Source of the DNA: an uncultured Solibacteraceae bacterium
GTDB taxonomy: Bacteria > Acidobacteriota > Terriglobia > Bryobacterales > Bryobacteraceae
Assembly (NCBI GenBank): GCA_964430625.1
Contig: CAYSFR010000003.1
Location: 329,266 to 393,265, forward strand
Direction: 5' to 3'
DNA length: 64,000 bases
Shown: one piece after another, positions 26,266 through 33,984 of the stretch
Layout: each line of letters starts with the position of its first letter
Position numbering within the stretch: the stretch's first letter is position 1
Notes under the pieces: generated by a model
The model's input: only the letters and a program-made list of their open reading frames with translations
The model's database searches: none
Told to the model about the DNA's origin: nothing
Program-made: the position numbers and the translations under genes

Positions 26266-28606
26266 AGCGGAAGTTGGTGAGGCCGAAGATGTCTCCGCCG
26301 GGGATGATGAGGCCGAACTTGCCTTGGGTGAGGTTGCGGGAGGAGGTGGACCAGGAGTCGATGTTGCGCCATTCGGCACCGTCGAGGAGGAACGTTTTGA
26401 CGGTGGTGGGGGTGATTTCGATCTGGACGGAGTAGTTCTTGGTGTCGGGGAGTTTGTGATCGATTTTGAATTCGTTGCGATCGCGGCCGTTGATGATTTC
26501 GCGGCGGATGAAGTTTTTGCGTTCGAGCTGGAAGTGGACGTAGTTACGGGCGTCCTGGATGTCGACGGCCCACTGGAGGCGGCGGCCGTCGATGCGGGAG
26601 ATGTTGAAGGAGAAGGTGCCCTGGGTGGGGGTGATGCCGTAGGTGACGACGCCGCCGCCTTTGCGTTTGTACCAACCGCCTTCGGGGACCCACTGGCCGG
26701 CGTCGTCCCAATCGGCCATGCCGCCGGTGCGGCGGGTGGGGGTAGTTTGTTTCTGGGAGGCTTGCTGGGCGGTGAGGATGAGGTCGATGGATTTGTTTTC
26801 GCCGTTGGCGAGGGTGATGGTTTGGGAGCGGTCGGCGTAGTTGGGCGCTTTGCCGGCGATGACGTAGGTGCCTTCGGGGAGGGAGAGGGGGGAGGTGGCG
26901 GTGACGGGGCGGGGGGCGGCGTCGGCGGGGCCTTTGATGGTGATTTGGGCGTTGGCGGGGTTGGCCTTGATGGTTAGGGTGCCGCCGGCGGCGGAGAGGG
27001 TGACGTCGGGGCCGGAGAGTTCGATGGTTTCGCCGGCGCGGAACTGGCGGGGGCTGCGTTTGGGGGCCATGCGGTCGCGGCGGAGTTCGACGACGTGTTC
27101 GCCGGGGGCGACCTGGGCGAACTCGAGGGAGCCGGAGGCGGGGATGGCGCCGAGGGGGTTGCCATCGAGGAAGACCTGGGTACCGATGGCGGCGCCGCGG
27201 ACGCGGAGGGTGGCGAGGCGGGGGACCATCTTCAGTTTGAACTCGACGCGGGCTTCCTGGCCTTTGGCGATGACGATTTTCTGGGGGGGATCGGGGGTGT
27301 AGCCGTCCTTGGCGACGCGGACCATATAGGTACCGACGGGGATGCCGGGGAGGCGCATCTGGCCGTTTTTGGATTTGACGCGGGCGGGGCGGTCGTTGAG
27401 GAAGGCGGAGACTTCGTCTTCGCCGGGGGTGGAGATGAGGAGGGAGCCGGCGTTGATGTCGAGTTTGAGGTAGGCGGTGAGGGTGGGTTGGGCGGAGACG
27501 GAGACGAGGAGGTTGCGTTTGGTGGCGCCGTCTTCGACGGAGAGTTCGCGATCGCCGGGCTGGAGGTTGTTGACGTCGAGGCCGGCGGGGTTGGCGTCAC
27601 CGGCGGGGTTGCCGTCGATGGAGACTTTGAGGGAGGGGATGGAGGCGTGGATGCGGGTGGACTGGCTGGCGTTGGCGACGAGGATGGCGAGGGTATTTTT
27701 GGCCGTGACGGGGCCGGAGATGACGGGCTGGCGGCCGGGTTGGGCATCGAACTCGAACTGGGCTTCGTTGGCGGCGGAGGTTACCTTGATGGTGTGTTTG
27801 CCGGCGGCGATGCGGTCGAGGATGAGCTGGCCGTCCTGGAGGTCGCCGTAGGGGGCGCCGTCGAAGGTGACTTTGCCGGCGGTGAAATCGGTATAGAGGC
27901 GGACGGAGAGGGGGAGAGGGGAGAGGGTGAGGTCGACTGCGGCGGGGGAGTTGGCGGCGACTTCCATTTTGGAAGAGGCGGGTTCGTAGCCGGGGAGGAC
28001 GGCCTGGATTTCATAGGGGCCGGGGGCGAGTTCGATGTTGCAATCGGAGGTACATTTGACTTCGCCGTTGACGCGGATGGAGGCGCCGGGGGGGTTGGTT
28101 TTGACGGCGACTTTAATATTGGTGGAGGTGGTGACTTCTTCCTTGGCTTTGCGGGCGTTGCGGATGGTGTAGATGCCGCCGGCGGCGACGAGGAGGCCGA
28201 TGACACCGCCGACGGCGGCGGCGCGTTTCCAATTGAAGGCGACGGGGGCGGGTTTTTTGGCGGTTGGTTGCTGCTGGGTGGGCGGGGGCGGGTTGAGCGG
28301 GGCGGTTTTGGGAGGCTGGGGGCCGGTTTGGGGGCCGGTGGGGGTAGGGGGGCCGTAGATGCCGGAGGGAGGGGGGGCGGCCTGTTGCTGGCCGGAGGTG
28401 GACATGAGGCGCTGGCCATGGGCGACCATGGTGGAGCGGAGGGAGGCGATGGCGTTGAGCATGGCCGCGTCGGCGGCGTAGAGGCGGGACAGCTCTTCGA
28501 GGCGCTCGTGGATGGGCTTGAGGGTATAGACATCGGCAGCGCGGCGGATTTCGCCGTCGAGCCGATTGAGTTCATCAAAGTGGGCGTTGCGTTGGGCGGG
28601 GTTCAA
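26252..28606 (-). CDS. Single-pass membrane protein with multiple PEGA-type beta-sandwich repeats and a C-terminal ConA-like/DUF1080-like domain
   Basis: 784 aa. From the N-terminus: a cytoplasmic helical segment, a Pro/Gln-rich linker, a TM helix (AAAVGGVIGLLVAAGGIYTI), repeated PEGA-like units (NPPGASIRVNGEVKC..., GTQVFLDGNPLG...) and a beta-rich tail of about 190 aa. The 3' end overlaps the convergent Wzy-like gene by 14 nt. Confidence 0.7.
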   Translation of the reverse strand: MNPAQRNAHFDELNRLDGEIRRAADVYTLKPIHERLEELSRLYAADAAMLNAIASLRSTMVAHGQRLMSTSGQQQAAPPPSGIYGPPTPTGPQTGPQPPKTAPLNPPPPTQQQPTAKKPAPVAFNWKRAAAVGGVIGLLVAAGGIYTIRNARKAKEEVTTSTNIKVAVKTNPPGASIRVNGEVKCTSDCNIELAPGPYEIQAVLPGYEPASSKMEVAANSPAAVDLTLSPLPLSVRLYTDFTAGKVTFDGAPYGDLQDGQLILDRIAAGKHTIKVTSAANEAQFEFDAQPGRQPVISGPVTAKNTLAILVANASQSTRIHASIPSLKVSIDGNPAGDANPAGLDVNNLQPGDRELSVEDGATKRNLLVSVSAQPTLTAYLKLDINAGSLLISTPGEDEVSAFLNDRPARVKSKNGQMRLPGIPVGTYMVRVAKDGYTPDPPQKIVIAKGQEARVEFKLKMVPRLATLRVRGAAIGTQVFLDGNPLGAIPASGSLEFAQVAPGEHVVELRRDRMAPKRSPRQFRAGETIELSGPDVTLSAAGGTLTIKANPANAQITIKGPADAAPRPVTATSPLSLPEGTYVIAGKAPNYADRSQTITLANGENKSIDLILTAQQASQKQTTPTRRTGGMADWDDAGQWVPEGGWYKRKGGGVVTYGITPTQGTFSFNISRIDGRRLQWAVDIQDARNYVHFQLERKNFIRREIINGRDRNEFKIDHKLPDTKNYSVQIEITPTTVKTFLLDGAEWRNIDSWSTSSRNLTQGKFGLIIPGGDIFGLTNFRFIPK

Positions 28607-28767
28607 AGGTTTGTTCTCCCTGGCTCACGCGGAGTTCGAGGGTCTAGGCCCGAGGAAACAGGTCGCGCAAAAATTCAACAGCTACCAGCTCACGGATAAT
28701 TATATGCTAGCCAGAAGCAAACAAGATTTTGTCTGCGTAACGATTTTCGCACAGGAGTGAGGGGAAG

Positions 28768-30504
28768 ATGACGAGACGGGGATTTTTGGCAGCGGCGGGA
28801 GCGACGGCGGGGTGGGGGCAGGGGGCGCGGCCGAACATTTTGTGGATCACGTGCGAGGATATGGGGCCGCATATCGGGTGTTTCGGGGACGGGTTTGCGA
28901 AGACGCCGGTGCTGGACGGGTTGGCGGGGAAGGGGTTGCGGTATAAGCGGTGCTGGTCGAACGCGCCGGTGTGTGCGCCGGCGCGGACGACGATTATCAG
29001 CGGGATGTATCCGCCGGCGCTGGGGGCGGAGCATATGCGGAGCGAGATCGGGATGGGGGCGGGGCGGAAGATGTTTCCGCAGATGCTGCGGGAGGCGGGG
29101 TACTACACGACGAACAATTCGAAGGAAGACTATAACCTGACGCTGACGGGGAAAGTGTGGGACGAGAGTTCGCCGCGGGCGCACTGGCGGAAGCGGGGGG
29201 CGGGGCAGCCGTTTTTTGCGGTGTTTAACCAGACGGGGACGCATGAGAGTCAAATTCGGACGCGGCCGCACGAGTGGAAGCATTCGTTTGAGGGGGTGCG
29301 GGTGCCGGCGTATCATCCGGATACGAAAGAGGTGCGGCAGGACTGGGCGCAGTATTACGACAATATTGAGGCGATGGACAAGTGGGCGGGGGGGATATTG
29401 AAGCAGTTGGAGGAGGACGGGCTGGCGGAGGAGACGATTGTGTTCTTCTACTCCGACCATGGAAGCGGGATGCCGCGGAACAAGCGGTGGCCGTACGATT
29501 CGGGGTTGCGGGTGCCGCTGATTCTGCGGGTGCCGGAGAAGTATAAGGCTTTGCGGCCGCCGGAGTATAAAGAGGGCGGGGAGACGACGCGGCCGATTTC
29601 GTTTGTGGATCTGGCGCCCACGGTATTGCGGCTGGCCGGGGCGCCGGCGGCGGGGTATCACCAAGGGGTGGACTTTACGGCGGGGAAGGCGCGGGAGTAT
29701 GTGTTCGGGTTCCGGGGGAGGATGGACGAGCGGTATGACCTGGTGAGGACGGCATTTGACGGGCGGTGGGTGTATATCCGGAACTATATGCCGCATAAGA
29801 TCTACGGGCAACATATTGCGTATATGTTTGAGACGCCGACGACGCGGGTGTGGAAGGAGATGTACGATGCGGGTAAGTTGAACGCGGCGCAGCGTAAGTT
29901 CTGGGAGCGGAAGCCGTATGAGGAGTTGTACGACGTGAGCGTGGACCGGGACGAGGTGGTGAATGTGGCGGGGAAGGAGAAGGGCGTGCTGGGGCGGATG
30001 CGGAAGGCGCTGGACGAGTGGATGGTGACGACGGGGGACCGCGGGTTGCTGCCGGAGGCGGAGCTGCATGTGGAGGGGCGGGCGTATGATGTGGCGCGGG
30101 TGAAGAAGATGGCGGACCGGGCGGCGTCGATGGTGGGGGGGGCGCCGGCGGATGGGTTGAAGGACAGTGATTCGGCGGTGCGGTACTGGGCGGTGATGGG
30201 GCATATTACGCGGGGGAAGAGCGCGGGGCTGCTGCCGGGGGATGAATCGGCGTCGGTGCGGGCGCTGGCGGCGGAGGCGGAGGGGTGTTTCGGGAAGGAT
30301 GCGCGGGGGGCGGCGGAGGCGTTGCTGGAGTTGGGGGATGCGGGGAAGCATGGGGTGTATGTGGCGATGCTGGCGTTGAACGGGCTGGCGGCGATGGGGG
30401 AGAAGGCGCCGGCGGATGTGCGGGCGAAGGTGAAGCTGCTGCCGGACGGGGGGCGGGGGAGAGCCGGGGGGTATGTCAGCAATTTGAAGAAGGGGATTGT
30501 ATAG
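28768..30504 (+). CDS. Sulfatase (formylglycine-dependent) with a Tat-type signal
   Basis: MTRRGFLAAAGATAG twin-arginine signal. PNILWITCEDMG. The C-x-P-x-R motif appears in SNAPVCAPARTTIISGMY. The C-terminal ~150 aa are helical-repeat-like. Confidence 0.85.
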   Translation: MTRRGFLAAAGATAGWGQGARPNILWITCEDMGPHIGCFGDGFAKTPVLDGLAGKGLRYKRCWSNAPVCAPARTTIISGMYPPALGAEHMRSEIGMGAGRKMFPQMLREAGYYTTNNSKEDYNLTLTGKVWDESSPRAHWRKRGAGQPFFAVFNQTGTHESQIRTRPHEWKHSFEGVRVPAYHPDTKEVRQDWAQYYDNIEAMDKWAGGILKQLEEDGLAEETIVFFYSDHGSGMPRNKRWPYDSGLRVPLILRVPEKYKALRPPEYKEGGETTRPISFVDLAPTVLRLAGAPAAGYHQGVDFTAGKAREYVFGFRGRMDERYDLVRTAFDGRWVYIRNYMPHKIYGQHIAYMFETPTTRVWKEMYDAGKLNAAQRKFWERKPYEELYDVSVDRDEVVNVAGKEKGVLGRMRKALDEWMVTTGDRGLLPEAELHVEGRAYDVARVKKMADRAASMVGGAPADGLKDSDSAVRYWAVMGHITRGKSAGLLPGDESASVRALAAEAEGCFGKDARGAAEALLELGDAGKHGVYVAMLALNGLAAMGEKAPADVRAKVKLLPDGGRGRAGGYVSNLKKGIV

Positions 30505-31551
30505 GTGAAGGTAGCGCTGGACGCGACGCCGCTGGCGGGTGGGACGGGCGGCGTGCCGCGGTATGTGCGGGAGTTGCGGCGTGGGTTGGAGGGGTTAGGG
30601 AGCGGGGATGAGTATGGGTATGTGACGGACCAGGCGGTGGAAGGGGCGGCGGGTCCGGGCGGGGGGTGGCTGGAGCGGAAGTGGTGGCTGGCGGGGCTGC
30701 CGATGTACCTGCGGCGGGAGGGGTTTGATGTGTTTCACGGGACGGAGTTTGCGGTGCCGTATGTGCGGGTGTGCGCGTCGGTGCTGTCGTTGCATGATTT
30801 ATCGCCGTGGATGGATGCGAGTTGGCACGGGGCGGGGGTGAAGCGGGTGCGGGAGCGGACGCCGTGGCTGCTGCGGACGGGGCGGGCGACGATGGTGCTG
30901 ACGTTGAGCGAGGCGGTGCGGAGGCGGGCGATTGTGCGGTTCGGGTTGCGGGAGGAGCGGGTGGTGGCGGTGCCGCTGGCGGCGGCGGAGGGGTTGCGGC
31001 GGGTGGAGGGGAGCGGGGGCGGGGAGCCGTATCTGCTGTATGTGGGGACGGTGGAGCCGCGGAAGAATCTGGAGATGCTGGTGGAGGCGTGGCGGGCGGT
31101 GCGGGCGCGGCATGGGGTGCGGCTGGTGCTGGCGGGGCGGAGGCGGGAGGATGGGCCGGCGTTTGTGAGCGGGGACGGGCTGGAGGTGCGGGGCGCGGTG
31201 GAAGAGGGGGAGCTGGCGGGACTGTATAGCGGGGCGCTGGCGGTGGTGTATCCCACGTTTTATGAAGGGTTTGGGTTGCCGGTGGTGGAGGCGATGCAGT
31301 GCGGGGCGCCGGTGGTGACGTCGACGGATGAGAGTGTGGTGGAGGTGGCGGGGGGGGCGGCGGTGCATTGCGAGGCGCGGGATACGGGGGCGTGGGTGGC
31401 GGCGCTGGAGCGGATTTGCGAGGATGCGGGGTGGCGGGCGGAGTTGCGGGCGGCGGGGCTGGCGCGGGCGGGGGTGTTCAGTTGGGCAAGGACGGCACGG
31501 GAGACGCGGGCGGTGTATGAGAGGGCGGTGCGACTGTACCGGGGGGGCTAG
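30505..31551 (+). CDS. Glycosyltransferase family 4
   Basis: 348 aa, GTG start immediately after the sulfatase stop. Motifs: KVALDATPLAGGTGGVPRYVREL and YPTFYEGFGLPVVEAMQCGAPVVTS. Confidence 0.8.
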   Translation: MKVALDATPLAGGTGGVPRYVRELRRGLEGLGSGDEYGYVTDQAVEGAAGPGGGWLERKWWLAGLPMYLRREGFDVFHGTEFAVPYVRVCASVLSLHDLSPWMDASWHGAGVKRVRERTPWLLRTGRATMVLTLSEAVRRRAIVRFGLREERVVAVPLAAAEGLRRVEGSGGGEPYLLYVGTVEPRKNLEMLVEAWRAVRARHGVRLVLAGRRREDGPAFVSGDGLEVRGAVEEGELAGLYSGALAVVYPTFYEGFGLPVVEAMQCGAPVVTSTDESVVEVAGGAAVHCEARDTGAWVAALERICEDAGWRAELRAAGLARAGVFSWARTARETRAVYERAVRLYRGG

Positions 31552-32381
31552 AACTGCCAGGTGGCGGTGCGGCCGCGGAAGGAGAGGGTGGAGCGGCCGA
31601 GGGTGAGGGGCGGGGCGGAGTGGGGGCGCTGGAGGCGGAACTGGACGCGGCGAACGCCTTGGGGAGTGGGGGCTGGGTGGAAGATGACTGTGGCGTTGGG
31701 GCCGCGGCATTCGATGCGGCCGGATTTGGCGGTTTTGACTTTCCAGCCGGCGAGTTGGAGTTGGCGGGCGCGGAGGGCGAGTCCGGGGGCGGGGCCGGCG
31801 ATTTCGACGCGGGTTACGTCGGAGAGGAGGGCTTTTTCGCGGGTTTCGGAGAGGCCGAGGGAGTGGGCGTAGGCGGCGAGGACGTCGGCCATGCGGATGG
31901 AGCCTTTGGGTCCGGCGCCCCAATTTTCGAGGAAATCGGGGGCGTACTCCATGGAGAAGAGGCGGAGGCCGGGGACGGCGGATTGGGCGCGGGTTTCGTC
32001 GAGGGAGGTCATGAGGAACCAGTTGATGGGGCGGCCGTTGCGCTGGCGGGTGACGGGGGTGCCGGAGGCGGGACGGAGGGAGGACCATTGGGCGCGGAGG
32101 GAATCGGAGGCGCCGGGTTGTTCGAGGCCGAGGGCGAGGCCGGCGTCGCCGGGGAGGCGGTCGCCCTGGTTTTCGGCGAAGAATTCGAAGTAAGTGGAGC
32201 GGCCGTAGAAGTAGAGGCCGGAATAGGTGGAGTCATTGCGGACGGTGGTGCGTTTTTCGAAGGGGGCGAAGTGCTGACGGAGGAAGGGGGAGGCTTCGAT
32301 GGCGGCGTAGGTGGCGGGGGCGACGGTGACGTAGAAGTGGTTGAGGGCGGCGAGGAGGAGGAGGGCGGACATGCCATCCAT
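31548..32381 (-). CDS. Hypothetical protein (no family recognised)
   Basis: 277 aa. The composition is non-degenerate and codon use is the C3/A3 mirror of its + strand neighbours. Its stop codon overlaps the stop of the convergent GT4 (CTAG at 31548-31551). Confidence 0.55.
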   Translation of the reverse strand: MDGMSALLLLAALNHFYVTVAPATYAAIEASPFLRQHFAPFEKRTTVRNDSTYSGLYFYGRSTYFEFFAENQGDRLPGDAGLALGLEQPGASDSLRAQWSSLRPASGTPVTRQRNGRPINWFLMTSLDETRAQSAVPGLRLFSMEYAPDFLENWGAGPKGSIRMADVLAAYAHSLGLSETREKALLSDVTRVEIAGPAPGLALRARQLQLAGWKVKTAKSGRIECRGPNATVIFHPAPTPQGVRRVQFRLQRPHSAPPLTLGRSTLSFRGRTATWQF

Positions 32382-32440
32382 TGTGCGGCATTGGGGTGAA
32401 ATTGGGGAACGAAATGGGGGGCGGCGCGTATGATCAGTTT

Positions 32441-33838
32441 ATGCGCATGATTCTGGTAATGATGGCGGGGCTGGCGGCGGCGGGAGCGGCGGCGGAGTGG
32501 GGGCAGTTCCGGGGGCCGGCGTCGAATCCGGTGGGCGTGAATCCACGGCTGGCGGAGAAATGGTCGAAGACGGAGAACGTGGAGTGGGTGACGGAGGTGC
32601 CGGGGCGGGGGTGGTCGTCGCCGGTGGTGGCGGGGGAGCGGGTGTTTTTGACGGCGGCGGTGACGGAGGGGGAGTCAAAGAAGCCGCAGACGGGGACGGA
32701 GTACAGCAATCAGTATGCGGCGGAGTTGATGAAGCAGGGGGTGAGCCAGGAAGAGATCATGAAGCGGGTGATGGCGCGGGATATGGAGATGCCGAATGAG
32801 GTGATGCTCCACTATTTCGTGTATTGCCTGGAACTGAAGAGCGGGAAGGTGCAGTGGAAGCGGGAGTTCTACGCGGGGCGTCCGCCGGGCGGGCGACACC
32901 GGAAGAACAGCTTCACTTCGGAGACGCCGGTGACGGATGGGTCGCACGTGTATGTGTATGTGGCGAATCTGGGGATGTGGGCGTTTGACTTTAAGGGGAA
33001 GGAGTTGTGGAAGACACCGCTGGAGGCGAATCCGATCTATCTGGACTTTGGGACGGGCGGGTCGCCGGTGTTACATGAGAATCAGCTGATTATTATTAGT
33101 GACAATGAGAAGCAGCAGTTTCTGGCGGCGTATGATAAGCGGAACGGGAAGCAGTTATGGCGGACGAACCGGGAGGTGAAGGAGTCATTGGGAGGGCGTC
33201 CGGTGGGGTCGGCGTGGACGACGCCGTATTTGTGGAAGAATGCGCTGCGGACGGAGATTGTTACGGTGGGGCCCGGGGCGGCGGTGAGTTATGACCTGGA
33301 GGGGAAGGAGTTATGGCGGCTGGGGGGGATGTCGGGGGCGCCGATTCCGAGTCCATTCAGCCATGAGGGGCTGTTGTATATCAATGGCGGGCGGGGGAAG
33401 AGTATCTTCGCGGTGAAGCCGGGGGCGAAGGGGGATATTACGTTGCCGCGGACGGAGAAATCGAATGCATTTGTGGCGTGGTCCGATCAGCGGGGCGGGA
33501 CATATCTGCCGTCGTCGCTGGCGTATGAAGGCGGGGTTTATTCGCTGACGGAGACGGGGATTCTGACGCGGTTTGACGCGAAGACGGGGAAGCAGAGTTA
33601 TAAATCGAGGCTGGACGCGGAGGCGGGGTATTTTACGACGTCGCCGTGGGCTTACAACGGGAAGATCTTCTGTTTGAGCGAGGAAGGGAAGACGTTCGTG
33701 GTGGCGGCGGGGGAGACGTTCCAGGTGCTGCATGCGAATCCGCTGGAGGAGATGGCGCAGGCGACGCCGGCGATTGCGGGGGATCGCCTGCTGGTGCGGA
33801 CGGAGAGTAAGTTGTATTCGATTCGGAAGGGGAAGTAG
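32441..33838 (+). CDS. PQQ-like beta-propeller repeat protein (BamB-like fold), secreted
   Basis: Signal MRMILVMMAGLAAAGAAA, then WGQFRGPASNPVG, typical of this family. There are repeated W/G-rich blades. ATG at 32441 is preferred over the ATG at 32381. Confidence 0.7.
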   Translation: MRMILVMMAGLAAAGAAAEWGQFRGPASNPVGVNPRLAEKWSKTENVEWVTEVPGRGWSSPVVAGERVFLTAAVTEGESKKPQTGTEYSNQYAAELMKQGVSQEEIMKRVMARDMEMPNEVMLHYFVYCLELKSGKVQWKREFYAGRPPGGRHRKNSFTSETPVTDGSHVYVYVANLGMWAFDFKGKELWKTPLEANPIYLDFGTGGSPVLHENQLIIISDNEKQQFLAAYDKRNGKQLWRTNREVKESLGGRPVGSAWTTPYLWKNALRTEIVTVGPGAAVSYDLEGKELWRLGGMSGAPIPSPFSHEGLLYINGGRGKSIFAVKPGAKGDITLPRTEKSNAFVAWSDQRGGTYLPSSLAYEGGVYSLTETGILTRFDAKTGKQSYKSRLDAEAGYFTTSPWAYNGKIFCLSEEGKTFVVAAGETFQVLHANPLEEMAQATPAIAGDRLLVRTESKLYSIRKGK

Positions 33839-33984
33839 AGGGGCTGGCGGAGTTACTGCCTATTGTTGATCGTCTTCGGAACTGGCGCCGATCCCCGAGG
33901 GGGGCGCGCGGCGGTTTAAAATGGCGAATGCTCTTGTGACCGCTCAGGGCATCGAATAACCGGCTCTCATTCGAGCCGCCGAGG

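Noticed and set aside
24541-26379. 323-aa and 284-aa minus-strand ORFs (24541..25512, 25525..26379) and the Gly-rich + ORF 25215..25976
   Set aside because: R/P/H/Q-only or G-only composition. They overlap the PEP-CTERM and Wzy-like genes, which have clear signal, TM and family motifs.
27095-28699. 534-aa + strand ORF (Gly/Asp/Ala/Val-rich) opposite the PEGA protein gene, plus 26324..26977 and 27781..28578
   Set aside because: Degenerate composition. The minus-strand frame has a TM helix, PEGA repeats and a coherent C-terminal domain.
28690-32088. 553-aa (28690..30351) and 429-aa (30799..32088) minus-strand ORFs, and the 259-aa + ORF at 31620..32399
   Set aside because: They are antisense shadows of the sulfatase, GT4 and hypothetical genes, with R/P/H/L or G/E/A low-complexity translations.
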